Assembly (NCBI RefSeq): GCF_006345805.1
Contig: NC_042998.1
Coordinates: 56,730,001-56,794,000 of the forward strand
Direction: 5' to 3'
From: Octopus sinensis
Taxonomy: Eukaryota
Length of the DNA stretch: 64,000 nucleotides
The notes under the pieces: model-generated
Database searches by the model: none
What the model saw: the letters and a program-made list of their open reading frames with translations, nothing else
Told to the model about the DNA's origin: nothing
Shown here: positions 1 through 12,854 of the stretch, piece by piece
Layout of the letters: each line of letters begins with the position of its first letter
How positions within the stretch are numbered: position 1 is the stretch's first letter
Program-made: the position numbers and the translations under genes

Positions 1-429
1 AAATCTTAGTACACTGGAGTTATCCTTGAACGATATGTCAACCTCAACTGCACACACAAATAGAACATGAAATACTAAAATAATATATTTTCGAGTTGGA
101 GAAAATATTGTCTATGATTTCTGAAAATAATATGACGGTAATAATAAAAGTATCTTATTTAAGGTTGTAGTGTTTGAAATGATATATTAAAAAAATATTT
201 AACATTTAATAATTTTAATTGTTTAACAAAAAAATTTTTTATAAATTAGTCAGTGGGAAGGAAATTGTCCATGACCTCTGTAGGCTGTCACAGGCTGGTG
301 ATATTGATGTAGCTGGTGCCTACCCTGAACATCTGTAAGGAAAGCGTTGGTGGTGAGAGAACCAGGGTTTTGAGCTGAAAGCATGTAATAAAGGGAGCTA
401 CATTATAAGCAAAGACCAAGTGTTAGTCT

Positions 430-800
430 TAAACAGAGCGCTGTGTTAGGTCTACCACCCAAGAATCCAAGAACCAGGTGGTATTGCTAAACAAGGCACT
501 GTGTTAGGTCTACCCCACCGGGTACTCGGGAATAAGGTGTGTGTGTGTGTGTTGGGTGAAAATTGGATGCTGTGTTACACCAACCACTCGAGGCACTCAA
601 GCACCCGATGGTGATATTAGACGGACATGTATGCATGTTCAAGGCTCTCAAGGACCTGGTGGTGGGGATAAACAGGCCACTGTGTTACCCAGGGAACTCG
701 GAAACGAGTTAGTGGTGTTTCACTTGGCGCTGTGTTCATAAACCACTCAAGGTGCTTAAGAACCTGGTGGAGAAGTTAAACCAAGCTCCTCGTTAGATTT
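430..800. repeat. Degenerate minisatellite of roughly 55-60 bp units
   Basis: Recurring CTGTGTTA anchor followed by CAAGAACC(A/T)GGTGG-like and AAACAAG/AAACAGG segments; units are diverged. Confidence 0.4.
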
Positions 801-905
801 ATCACTTGTGATACCCAAGAAGCAGATATTAGAGTTAAACCGGATGGCATAATACAAATGCCACATTTACCGTTCGTAATGTGAATTAAAGTATTCATAT
901 ATTAA

Positions 906-1337
906 TTTATTCTTTTGCTTATTGAACCCAGAGGAAGGGACAGTGCTCTAGGTCTTCATACCCACCACCGAAGATTGATGCCCTTAATAGTCTGCACAAA
1001 CCGTTGCAAGCTGAAACCTGCAGAAAAGTCAGGAACAAAGAGGAGTTTCCAGGGGAACATTTTCTGGGTCGGTAGGGCTGTGCGTAGAGTTTGTGCAGCT
1101 GGAAGGGAGTTGGATATAGCATGAGTAAAACCTGGATTAATAAGGGGAAGTGCATAAGGGGAAGTAGCATGACAGCAGCTAGCTAGGACGAACAGGGTCC
1201 ATTTAGTAGTCGTAGAAAATTTAGAGAAGGTAGTCAGATTTGCCTCAAATAATTTAGAGACACATCTCGGAAGCTGAGTGGCATGAGGTTTTATGTTCTT
1301 CATATTTACGCGAAAAAACAGAACAATGTATACATAC
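906..1337 (-). mobile_element. 5'-truncated LINE 3' end with target-site duplication
   Basis: Flanked by a 21-bp direct repeat ATTAAAGTATTCATATATTAA (885-905 and 1338-1358). Minus translation WKLL.VPDF.AGFSLQRFVQTIKGINL resembles the WNSLP...F...LQ.FK..VN terminus of LINE ORF2, followed by a short A-rich 3' UTR. Confidence 0.5.
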
Positions 1338-1411
1338 ATTAAAGTATTCATATATTAAAGTATTCATAAAGTATTCAGCCTTGAATATGCATACATGTCC
1401 GTCTAATATCA

Positions 1412-1823
1412 GGCGCAGGAGTGGCTGTGTGGTAAGTAGCTTGCTAACCAAACACATGGTTCCGGGTTCAGTCCTACTGCGTGGCATCTTGGGCAAGTGT
1501 CTTCTGCTATAGCCCCGGGCCGACCAATGCCTTCTGAGTGGGATTTGGTAGACGGAAACTGAAAGAAGCCGTCATATATATGTATATATATGTATATATG
1601 TGTATGTGTGTGTTGTGTGTGTGTGTGTGTTTGTCCCCCTAGCATTGCTTGACAACCGATGTGGTGTGTTTCGTCCGTCACTTAGCGGTTCGGCAAAAGA
1701 GAGCGATAGAATAAGTACTGGGCTTACAAAGAATAAGTCCGGGGTCGATTTGCTCGACTAAAGGCGGTTGCTCCAGCATGGCCCTGCAGTCAAATGACTG
1801 AAACAAGTAAAAGAGTAAAAGAG
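1412..1823 (+). mobile_element. tRNA-derived SINE family A, full length
   Basis: Head GGCGCAGGAGTGGCTGTGTGGTAAG with B box GGTTCAGTCC; CORE-like CTTGGGCAAG; central (TA)/(TG) tract; tail GTAAAAGAGTAAAAGAG. Many near-identical copies in the window. Confidence 0.9.
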
Positions 1824-2002
1824 TATACATTACGTACGCGTACATACATACATAATACATGTATGTATGTATGTATGATGTATGTATGTATGTATGTATA
1901 TAGATATGTATGTATATATATATGTATGTATATGCGGATATCTATATTATATAAACTGTTATGTTACAAAGATACACATTTACAACTACATATTTTGGTA
2001 AT

Positions 2003-2389
2003 GGAAGCACTCCTTCGGTTACGACGACGAGGGTTCCGGTTGATCCGAATCAACGGAACAGCCTGCTCGTGAAATTAACGTGTAAGTGGCTGAGCACTCC
2101 ACAGACACGTGTACCTTTAACGTAGTTCTCGTGGATATACAGCGTGACACAAAGAGTGACAAGGCCGGCCCTTTGAAATACAGGTACAACAGAAACAGGA
2201 AGTAAGAGTGAGAGAAAGTTGTGGTGAAAGAGTACAGCAGGGATCACCACACATCCCTGCCGGAGGAGCCTCGTGGAGCTTAGGTGTTTTCGCTCAATAA
2301 ACCACTCACAACGCCCGGTCTGGGAATCGAAACCGCGATCCTATGACCGCGAGTCCGCTGCCCTAACCACTGGGCCATTGCGCCTCCAC
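2003..2389 (-). mobile_element. tRNA-derived SINE family C with 11-bp TSD
   Basis: Reverse-strand head GTGGAGGCGCAATGGCCCAGTGGTTAGG...GGTTTCGATTCC; flanked by ATTTTGGTAAT at 1992-2002 and 2390-2400. Confidence 0.85.
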
Positions 2390-2510
2390 ATTTTGGTAAT
2401 ATTAATCACGATAATGACAAAAAATTTTAAATGCAAACAATTCTATTTTGATTTTCGATTGACAATGGTCCATCTTTTCGTATTTCCAAACAAACCTTCA
2501 GTGGTCAGTA

Positions 2511-2591
<81 letters not shown>

Positions 2592-2772
2592 GCCTGTTTG
2601 TCAGTCTGTCTGTCTGCCTGCCTGCCTGCCTGCCTCTCTGCATGTCTGTCTGTCAGCTACCTGTCTCTCTGCCTGTTTGTCTGTCTGTCTGTCCGTTTGT
2701 CTGTCTGCCTGCCTGTCTGCCTTCCTATATGTCTGTCTGTATGCCTGCCCGTCTGTCTGTCTGTCTATCTTT
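2511..2772. repeat. Compound microsatellite (TCTA)n then (TCTG/CCTG)n
   Basis: Directly visible tetranucleotide arrays. Confidence 0.95.
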
Positions 2773-3131
2773 CCGTTCATAGACATTGTTTTTGAAATAG
2801 TGAGCATAGGCAAAGACTATAAATGTATACACACATACACACACACGTAAACAGATTTTGTCTACCAGTAGTTCATATCACATGATAAAATGGTTGGTGA
2901 TTCAAAATACAAAACAATGAAAGGTTATGTAATATCACATCATATTATGAAACTCATCGTGTGCAAATAAATAAATTACCATGCTACTGAAATATTTGTC
3001 GCATCGATTGAACTACTGAATATCTCTTCATCTTCCATATATTTATATATGTATACATACATACATGTATGCATATATACATACGTATATATATATATAT
3101 ACACACATGTATCTACATATGTATATACATA

Positions 3132-3214
<83 letters not shown>

Positions 3215-3233
3215 ATATATATATATATATATA

Positions 3234-3638
3234 CTCTCTTTTACTCTTTTTACTTGTTTCAGTCATTTGACTGCGGCCATGCTGGAGCACCGCTATAATC
3301 GAGCAACTCGACCCCGGGACTTATTCTTTTGTAAGCCCAGTACTTATTCTATTCGGTTCTTTTTGCCGAACCGCTAAGTAACGGGGACATAAACACACCA
3401 GCATCGGTTGTCAAGCAATGCTAGGGGGACAAACACAGCACACAAACACACAAACACACGCATATATATACATATATACGACGGGCTTCTTTCAGTTTCC
3501 GTCTACCAAATCCACTCACAAGGCTTGGTCGGCCGAGGCTATAGTAGAAGACACTTGCCAAGGTGCCACGCAGTGGGACTGAACCCGGAACCATGTGGTT
3601 GGTAAACAAGCTACTTACCACACAGCCACTCTGCGCCT
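3234..3638 (-). mobile_element. SINE family A, full length
   Basis: Reverse complement of 1412-1823; follows (TCTA)n/(TA)n. Confidence 0.9.
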
Positions 3639-3876
3639 ATATATATATATATATATATATCGAAGTAATGAGAGGTTAATGGCATCAAGAGACCCAAAGG
3701 TGTCAGGTAATGCTGAGTAAGTGCTTTGGACAGACTATAGCTAAACTCCAGGTTCGATGATTATACGAATGAGGAGGCCAACGTAGGTCATATGTCAGCA
3801 TGCGTATATATAAAAAATTAACACAATGAGATAAAAAATCCAAGGCTATGAAAGAATTCACAATATTTATAAAGAG

Positions 3877-3924
3877 GTCTTACAGCTGTTTCCGGGATAT
3901 TTTATATATCCCTTCATCAGAGAC
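3877..3924 (-). ncRNA. Type I hammerhead ribozyme motif
   Basis: Minus strand GUCU-CUGAUGA-a-GGGAUAU(AUAAA)AUAUCCC-g-GAAA-CAGCUG-UA-AGAC. Confidence 0.8.
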
Positions 3925-4241
3925 GGTGCGAGAAAATGGTTAAGCAATAATTATTATAGAGAAGATATGAAATACAGAGTGCAGTGGAGGAAGGAAAACA
4001 GAATTGAGATACGTTAGGATATTGTATCCGCAGTTCCAACGTTGCTTGGAATGACCAATTATAAGCAACATTGGAACCCACACACAAGGTACAGGAAACT
4101 TACATATACACCATTTTGCTGAAATAATGGAACTGCGGATACAATATCCTTACGTGTCTCACTTCTGTTTTCCTCCCTTCTCTTCACTCTGTATTTCATA
4201 TCTTCTCTATAATAACTATTGCTTTACCATTTTCTCGCACC

Positions 4242-4289
4242 GTCTCTGATGAAGGGGTATATAAAATATCCCGGAAACAGCTGTAAGAC
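4242..4289 (+). ncRNA. Type I hammerhead ribozyme motif
   Basis: Stem I GTCT/AGAC; CTGATGA 4246-4252; stem II GGGGTAT/ATATCCC; GAAA 4274-4277; palindromic stem III ACAGCTGT; GUA cleavage triplet. Confidence 0.8.
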
Positions 4290-4370
4290 CTCTTTATAAA
4301 TGTTGTGAAATCTTTCATAGGCTTGGAATTTTTAATCTCAATCTGTTAATTATATATATATATGTATATA

Positions 4371-4408
4371 TCTTTCTGTCGAAGAGCGTAGGCTCGAAAC
4401 GTAAAAGA
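4371..4408 (+). ncRNA. Minimal hammerhead motif with A6U core substitution, in a short element of about 140 bp (4371-4507)
   Basis: TCTTT-CTGTCGA-A-GAGC(GTAG)GCTC-GAAA-CG-TA-AAAGA. Confidence 0.6.
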
Positions 4409-4583
4409 CTTGTTCTATTTCTATTCCTGAGTGCCATACTAATACATTTGTTTGTTGGTACTCCACCTGCCTTCGTCTTTTGTTTATTTTCGTAAACCTT
4501 CCCGTTATATATATATATATACATACATATCTATCTATATATATAGCTGCTAACATACATACACACATACATACATACATACA

Positions 4584-4642
<59 letters not shown>

Positions 4643-4650
4643 GTGTGTGT

Positions 4651-4687
<37 letters not shown>

Positions 4688-6233
4688 TTTGTGTGTACAT
4701 ATCTAGAGTGTTGAAAAATGCTAAAGTAAACGTGGTATTGATAATCTCTCCAAATACTGCTCAGATAAATCCGAATCTTAACACTCCAGTTCCTTCATCC
4801 AGTGCAGATAGCTCCGTTGTGGGAAGCCGGCTATAAGAACGAACTTTACCGAGTGGTTATTGAAGTAAATGAAAAGTCAGATAAAGTAAAAAGTAGGTGT
4901 AAGGGCCAGAGTATTCTGATGAAGATAGCATGACTTCGCATCATGGGTCTCTAAAAGTACATATCATCGGATCCTATTGAATACTATGCATGGATGTCGC
5001 ACTAGCTATTGGTTACCCTAAACAGCTGTAAGATAAAACCTGATTGCATCATTCATAAACTAAAACAAAATAAATAGATAGTGTATACAAGGTCTAGTTT
5101 CTTCCGTGTCTACCTGCTAAACCATTTTTATAGCTTCAGTGTTAAAGATGCTAACCCATTTCTTTTTTAGCTTCAGTATTAATGATTTCTGTACTTTCTC
5201 ACTTTACGATATAAGGTAATGAGCTTCGACAATGACAACAAATCTATCGTTATTTACTCCACCTAGCTGAGAAATTCATCAAAATATGCGACAGACTGTT
5301 GAATCAATTTAGCGATTCACATGTTGGTTAAAATATTTTACGTGGGCTTACAAAAAAATGGCCTGATTTTACTAGTCACCGTCTCGTTTTTCCTAAAAAT
5401 ATTATTCAAAACGAGCTTGTGTTTCATAGGTTCATTAAAGCAAAAGTAAACTCGCCTCCACATTTTCAGCTAGTGTGGTTTCATATCACCAACGTTCCAT
5501 AAGTCACGCAAACAAGCAGCCAAATACAGTCGCATATTATAGCGTACACAAACACACGTACGCGATTGTACACACCACGTGAAGTGTTCTGGTTATAATA
5601 CTGTTAGTTACCAAACTTAGCAAAACTAGTCGATTCTTCGCGTTAGAAATTTATAAATGTAACTTAATATATGTATCTTTACAGAGCTCTCTATTCACAT
5701 TAACCAGAGGAACAAAAAAAAAAGAAAGAAATGCACCGATATTAGTTCCTTGGTATTTTGATGCCATCAAAAAAACAGCTTAACTACTGCAAAATATAAT
5801 TTGTCTGAAAATGTAAAACACGCTCACACATACACATACACGCGCGGATATACACAGTGACACATATACACATATATTTACGCCTATACATACATATTTA
5901 CACACTTACATATATATATATACACGCACGTGCGTACGCCAGCACAAATATACCTCGCCCCTCACGCACATATACACATTTGCTCAAACTCGCTCGTACA
6001 CGGACGCACACCCGTACTTATATACACATATACACACGAACGCGCGCGCCCATACACTCACGCACAAACGCGCATACATACATATGTATATACGTGTTAA
6101 GTATTACTAGACCAATACTAAGGAATGCGAATAACAAGAATTACATGCGATACTATCTAGTGAAGTATTATGTCAAAACTAAGCAGTATCAAATACAGAT
6201 GGGGAGCTGAAACAAACACAAGTGTGTGGATGT

Positions 6234-6264
<31 letters not shown>

Positions 6265-6429
6265 TACCACACACACTTACACACACACACTTACACACAT
6301 ACTTACATACACACACAGACACACGCATCGTGCTATACTTTCACTAATTTTTTTAGGTGTCTACGAAGCTTACATAGACACGCTGTCAACTCTCCCACCC
6401 TGAACGCAGTGGAAGAGGATGGAACGGCT

Positions 6430-6600
6430 GGTGGGGAGGGAGAGAGAGATTGATGCTGTACCAGTACATAGCTGGTATGTATTTCGACCGGATTGACTAG
6501 AACAACGTGAAATGAAGTGCTTTGCTAAATGGCACAATGCGGCGCATGGTCCACGAATCGAACCCACGAGTTTATTGCGTGAGCCAAACACGCTGACCAC
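6430..6600 (-). mobile_element. Diverged CORE-type SINE family D fragment
   Basis: GAACAACGTGAAATGAAGTG...CGAATCGAACCCAC matches 24877-25085. Confidence 0.55.
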
Positions 6601-6748
6601 TACTTGATACTACTCAGCTTTCACCTTTCTCTCTCTGTCTCTCTGTTTTTCTGTCTCTCTGCCTGTCTGTCTCTCTCTCACATACACACGTGGACTGTTG
6701 GCAATTTTCCTCCTTCCTTCTTTCCCTTTGCACTTTCCTGTTTTTCCT

Positions 6749-6782
6749 GTTACGACGAAGAGATATGCTCGAAACGTAAAAC
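6749..6782 (+). ncRNA. Degenerate minimal hammerhead motif
   Basis: GTT-ACGACGA-AGAG(ATAT)GCTC-GAAA-CG-TA-AAAC; core mutated from CTGACGA. Confidence 0.4.
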
Positions 6783-6895
6783 AACTACTCTTTGCTTTGT
6801 CCGAACGTCGTATTAATATATTGCTTGTGCTACGACCTCACGTGTGTTGTCTTTTCTTTTTTCTGCGTTAAAAAAAAAATTATATATATATATAT

Positions 6896-6934
<39 letters not shown>

Positions 6935-7577
6935 TAATAATAGTATGACAACAAAAGAATGAATGAGACCCCGATGTTATGTAAATAGAGGAATTTATCT
7001 GTAATATAATATAATATAATATAATATAATATAATGTCATATATTATATTATATTATATTATATATATCTCTTATTATAAAAGGAGATTTATCTGCCTCC
7101 CTTTGGGAGTTATACAAATCTACAATATAGGATTTCTTCAATTACAATTTACCTTGCATTTTTAAGAGTACAATCCATCGCGTCATGCCAGGTCCAGTTT
7201 TTAAAATTTAAACTCCATTAAGCAAAATTTACAGAAAACTCACATTCTGGTGTGTGTGTCAAATGCTTTTCTTAGTCTGGTTACAGCACACGCAAACGCA
7301 CACACACAGTGGGCAACGAATAAAATGAAAGTAATTGACTTACTGTAGTGAGTGATTCTTTCACTCTGCCTCCCACTTCCTCAATCCACACATAGACACG
7401 CAAATATATAATAAAATTGTAAGCTAACGTGCGTGGTGTGAGTGGGTGTGTGTGGTGTGTGCGCGGTGTGTGTGTGTGTGAGCGGTGCGTGGTGTTGTGT
7501 GTGTGCGTGTGCGTGTGCGTGAGTGTGTGACAGGAAAGTTTTTTACGACGAATATAACACCTATATCGTAGCAGAAA

Positions 7578-7932
7578 GATAAGACAGTAAGGTGTGATTG
7601 TGATTGAGGAGATTTGGGCTGCTATTCTACCATGTCTAGCTGCCATGTAGGGGTCTCCTCATAGGCTCATACATACATATATACATAGATAAGACAGTAG
7701 GTGTGATTTGGGGGAAATTGGCTGCTATTTCTACCAGGTCTAGCTGCCATGTAGGGGTCTCCCTCATAGGCTCATACATACATATATACATAGATAAGAC
7801 AGTAAGTGTGATTTGGGGGAAATTTGGCTGCACTTTTCTACCAGGTCCCCCTCATTTGCTCATATATATATACATACATAAGACAGTAAGGTGTGATTTG
7901 AGGGAGATGTGGCTGCTGTTTCTACCAGGTCT
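7578..7932. repeat. Minisatellite, about 3.5 units of 85-110 bp
   Basis: ATAAGACAGTA(A)GGTGTGATT...TCTACCAGGTC units starting near 7578, 7688, 7793 and 7879. Confidence 0.85.
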
Positions 7933-7997
7933 GTTAGCTTCTCATGTAAACTCAAGCTTTTCTCATGCCTTGAACATAAGACCAAAGGGAGAATGTA

Positions 7998-8200
7998 TTC
8001 TTTTATTCTTCTGCTTTTTCCAGATTGGTCTGTGGCCATGCTGGGCAATGCCTTGAAAAATTGTAGTTTAATGAATCAACTCCAGTTTTATTTTTGTAAG
8101 CATTGTACTTATTCTGTTTCCTTTGTCAAACCACTAGGTGACAGGGATGTAAACAAACCAACATTCGTTGTCAAGCAGTGGTGGAGGACAATCACAAGCA
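7998..8200 (-). mobile_element. Diverged SINE family A 3' half
   Basis: GTGGCCATGCTGGG...TTGTCAAGCAGTGG homology to family A tail. Confidence 0.6.
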
Positions 8201-8289
8201 CAGACACGCACACACACACATACATGATTACACATATACACACTACATACATACATACATACATATATATATATGTGTGTATATATATA

Positions 8290-8544
8290 TTGCAGCGTGG
8301 AAGGTGTTGTAAGCCATTTAAAAAACACACAAAAACCGTTACATTCACTTAACATTAAATTTAATTTGCCAAAATATTTTCGTCGCTTTGAGACCGCGAC
8401 CTGTTCACTGACAAAAATATCGTGCTAACAGGTCGCGGTCTCAAAGCGACGAAAATATTTTGACAAATTAAATTTAAATGTTGAAGTGAATCTAACGGTT
8501 TTGTGGTGTTTCTTAAAGGCTTATAAACACCTTCAACGCTGCAA
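8290..8544. mobile_element. PLE pLTR-like inverted repeat (arms 8290-8405 and 8427-8544)
   Basis: About 115-bp inverted arms with a 21-bp spacer; (TA)n directly 5' and about 60 bp 3'; hammerhead architecture. Confidence 0.7.
8365..8415 (-). ncRNA. Type I hammerhead-like motif with G3-C8 core variant
   Basis: Minus strand UUUGUCA-GUGAACA-g-GUCGC(GGUCUCAAA)GCGAC-GAAA-AUAU-UU-UGGCAAA. Confidence 0.6.
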
Positions 8545-8709
8545 CTGTTTTGTTCAGCACACGATCTCAGATCAAGTCACTTGCTATGCAAGTAATCTCT
8601 GTAACTATATATATATTATATATATATATATATGTATATGTTAATTGGTAAAAACAGTAAGATAACAAAAGAAAGAAAGAGACCTCAATATTATGTAAAT
8701 AGAGGAAAT

Positions 8710-9101
8710 CTTATATATAAAAGTGAGGTTGTGTGTCTGTCTCCTACGATTTAGATTCCTAACTACTCCCACATTTTGCGGTGCAGCGTTTAACCAATAC
8801 CGGGTATTCTAGTCGTGATTCATATCGATACCGTCTGGGTATTAGCGCGCGTCTACGATGAGTCTACGATTTAAAAAAAATTTACCATAAATTTTTCCCA
8901 TTTTTAATCCATTTTTGACATATATAAGGGAAAGTAACTCTCTAAATTTATTATTAAATCTCAGACGTAAAAAGCTACGGTAACATCCCTCCCCCTTTGT
9001 GGTTAGCCATATTGAGATGGCTATTATACTTTACATCTCTAAAAATGCTTATATAATTATTTCCCTACAAACCCGAGCAACGCCGGGCGATACTGCTAGT
9101 T
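8710..9101 (-). mobile_element. Non-autonomous Helitron/HINE-like element
   Basis: Minus-strand start ACTAGCAGTATCGCCCGGCGTTGCTC shared with 51342-51724; ends GACAGACACACAACCTCACTTTTATATATAAG; TA-rich flanks. Confidence 0.6.
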
Positions 9102-9356
9102 ATATATATATGTATATATATAAAGATAAATAAGTACTAAAAGATATGGGTTCCGAGAATCATGCGGCTACTACAGTTAGCAGCTATTACGGACTCGGTT
9201 TTAGTACACGTAATAAATACTTTATGAGTAATTATATCCAAACATAATGTCTCCCGATAAGCAGTTCACATACGCGTACATACAGGCATATCTTTATACA
9301 TACACACATCCATACATACATACACAGACTCGCACACACACACACGCACACAAATA

Positions 9357-9441
<85 letters not shown>

Positions 9442-9709
9442 TATATACATATACAAACACGCACACACATACAATCATTGATGACCATTGCTTGTTCATG
9501 AGCTATGAAACGAAAATGACTCAGCTTCATTGATCATCTGCATCTTTTATCACAACTATCTTTTATCACAACTTTTATCACAACATGTCTCTTTTCACTT
9601 AAAATGCATTGCAAAAATCTGTTAAGTCCATCCATATGTTATATGAAAGAGATGCTTCCATATGAAAAAAAAATCACCGGAAAGAACTAAGATACACAAT
9701 TTGGACATT

Positions 9710-9886
9710 GGCGCAGGAGTGGCTGTGTGGTAAGTAGCTTGCTTACCAACCACATGGTTCCGAGTTCAGTCCCACTGCGTGGCACCTTGGGCAAGTGTCT
9801 TCTACTATAGTCTCGGGTCGACCAAAGCCTTGTGAGGGGATTTGGTAGCCGGAAACTGAAAGAAGCCCATCGTATAAAAGTATATG

Positions 9887-9959
<73 letters not shown>

Positions 9960-10172
9960 TGTGTCTGTGTTTGTCCCCACAACATCGCTTGACAACCGAT
10001 GCTGGTGTGTTTACGTCCCCGTAACTTAGCGGTTCAGCATAAGAGACCGATGGAATAAGTACTAGGCTTACAAAGAATAAGTCCTGGGGTCGATTTGCTC
10101 GACTAAAGGCGGTGCTCCAGCATGGCCACAGTCAAATGACTGAAACAAGTAAAAGAGTAAAAGAGTAAGAGT
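9710..10172 (+). mobile_element. SINE family A, full length
   Basis: Head, CORE-like box, expanded central (TA)(TG) tract and tail all present. Confidence 0.9.
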
Positions 10173-10648
10173 ATATACTTGTACAGTCAATTCTGCGACG
10201 CGGATTTCCCCGTGAAGGAGCATTTTAAAGAGATGGTATTTATTGGTAGTTTAGCAATTAAATGTATGCATTATATATTTGATTTACGTGTGTCGGAAAA
10301 AAAAAACAACAAACAAAAATAGAAAACAAAACCAAAAGAACATTTTGAAGCTTCCACTAGAGATCCTCGTTAGAGAAGAATTGACGGGAATTGGTCTTTG
10401 ACGATGTATGTCACCACAAATTGTTGTTATGTTAATATTTAACTCTCGATCATCTCTGATCGAGTAGACTAGTAATAAAATTGTTTCTCCTGTGATCAGC
10501 ACTTCTTTTTGTATACATAGGACTTCATTGTGCAATAGGTTTTTCTTTTGAAAGGCGGTAGAGTATGAAGTGAAGTTACATTCGACTGTAGTTTTCAGTA
10601 GGCAAAGGGACTACATAGAAATTCGTTGTTGGTTTGTAACTATAAGAT

Positions 10649-11065
10649 ACTCTTTTACGCTTTTACTCTTTTACTTGTTTCAGTCATTTGACTGCGGCCA
10701 TGCTGGAGCACCGCCTTCAATCGAGCAACTCGACCCCGGGACTTATTCTTTTGTAAGCCCAGTACTTATTCTATCGGTCTCTTTTGCCGAACCGCTAAGT
10801 AACGGGGACATAAACACACCAGCATCGGTTGTCAAGCAATGCTGGGGGGGGGACACACAGACACACAAACTCACACACACACACACATATATATACATAT
10901 ATACGACGGGCTTCTTTCCATTTCCATCTACCAAATCCACTCACAAAGCATTGGTCGGCCCGAGGCTATAGCAGAAGACACTTACCATGATGCCACGCAG
11001 TGGGACTGAACCCGAAACCATGTGGTCGGTTAGCAAGCTACTTACCACACAGCCACTCCTGCGCC
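10649..11065 (-). mobile_element. SINE family A, full length
   Basis: Reverse complement of family A consensus. Confidence 0.9.
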
Positions 11066-11510
11066 TGATCACAATATTCTAGTGTTTTGCTCAATTATGT
11101 TGTTACTAACTCATATTTCATTCTAATTATTGAAATATCAACCATTATCTGCTTCTTGTTGTAAAGCAGGATTGAACTCATTTGATTGTAAGATATATAT
11201 CAACAAATAGGAGGCCAGAATGGCTACATACGATAACAAAGCTCACAGTCGGGTAAACAACATTGAACGCATCAAGAGTTTGAATATTGTAGATATGCAA
11301 GTATCAAATTCAATATAAACAGTAAATCCGACTCTGGGGTTCGTCCTTGGTATGGCGTAGGTAAAAAGGTAAACACAAATGTGTATACAATTTACGACAG
11401 CTTTATCAGTAGAATTTTATTAATGTATTCATAGAATATTACTTCGTAACATTTAAGAACCATCTGTCTTTACCTCTGTATATATACACACACACACGTG
11501 TGTTCGTATA

Positions 11511-11542
<32 letters not shown>

Positions 11543-11639
11543 GATATATAATATAATATATTGTGTGTGTGTATGTGTGGTGTGTGTGTGTGTGTGTGTG
11601 TGAACAAAACTAAGTGTGGAATCCCCAAAATAGAAAAAC

Positions 11640-11885
11640 TATCATCATAAAAATAAGAAGAGAAACAAAAAAATCAACAACCTAAAATACTGTCAACAGC
11701 AGATATATTCGACGGATATCGCCCTGCTCGAATCAAAAATATATAACCTTCAACAACGCATGAAGACCATCATCAACAACCAAAGAACAACTAAGAAGAA
11801 ATGGGCCATTGAGAAAATCAAACTCAACCCCAAAGTGTTCTCTTTTGCGAAAAATCACAAGGTCATTGTCTCAACTATCAGTCTG
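11640..11885 (+). pseudogene. LINE ORF2 linker fragment (pre-RT)
   Basis: Translation KKWAIEKIKLNPKVFSFAKN resembles the IK.NPK.F..Y motif upstream of LINE RT. Confidence 0.45.
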
Positions 11886-12199
11886 TAAGTAAGATACTCC
11901 AGAAACAATACTGCTAACTTCAGCAATCCCGATATGGCCGATCTAGGCTGTATTAGGGATGTCAACCCCCCAACATACTATATCAGATATAACGTTTGGC
12001 GCCCTTGATGTCTCAGCGACAATAAACGAAATTAAACACAATTCAGTTGCTGAGCCATGAGTTGAGACTGAGTCTTAAAGTCATGGTTGTCACTGCAGAA
12101 CCCGCGCAGACGGAGGAATTTGGAGTAGGGAATAGAGAGCTTGGTGGGAGGAATATCTATATATATATATACGTGTATACTTTGATATATATTATATAT

Positions 12200-12266
<67 letters not shown>

Positions 12267-12392
12267 ATATATTAACAATTAAGGAACGGCCATAATAGGC
12301 CATTCACCCACTAGAAATAACAGCCAAAGCTTCTACCGCAAATAAAGATTATTCCGTAAACAGGAGAAAATTAAAAAAACATTTACCCTGTA

Positions 12393-12498
12393 ATTTCTTG
12401 TACGGTATACCGTTTCATCCGCTGTTTAATGGTAAACTAACCTATTAAATTAAATCAAGCCAATCTTCCATAAGGCCTCGGATTCTTCAGCAAGAAAT
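12393..12498 (-). ncRNA. Type I hammerhead ribozyme motif
   Basis: Reverse complement of 12855-12956 with an 8-bp stem I (AUUUCUUG/CAAGAAAU). Confidence 0.85.
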
Positions 12499-12854
12499 AG
12501 CTCAAGTCGGAACAGATATTTACACGAGGCATACCAAATCTTGCCAAGGCAATATCTGACCTAAAATTTTCAAATCGTCGCACTCGCGCAAATTTATCGG
12601 CAGCAAATAAATATCAGCCGTCGATTCCATTACGGAATTGCCGCTGGTGGCAATAAAATTCTACAAAAATTTTCCTTGCCACCCTATATTGATTAATTAT
12701 GAATTTTTTGGTTAATTCCGTATGGAATCGACGGCTGATATTTATTTGCTGCCGATAAATTGGCGCGAGTGCGACGATTTGAAAATTTTAGGTCAGATAT
12801 TGCCTTGGCAAGATTGGGTATGCCTCGTGTAAATATCTGTTCCGACTTGAGCTA

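Larger units (their letters stand above)
3816..4351. mobile_element. PLE pLTR-like inverted repeat (arms 3816-4038 and 4128-4351)
   Basis: About 220-bp inverted arms, each containing a hammerhead motif; TA-rich flanks. Confidence 0.8.

Noticed and set aside
1412-1490. tRNA-like A/B boxes at SINE heads
   Set aside because: No complete cloverleaf or acceptor stem; they continue into SINE bodies, so they are not tRNA genes.
7578-7932. Possible CRISPR-like repeat-spacer array
   Set aside because: Whole units are repeated with no unique spacers; no cas genes; eukaryotic context.
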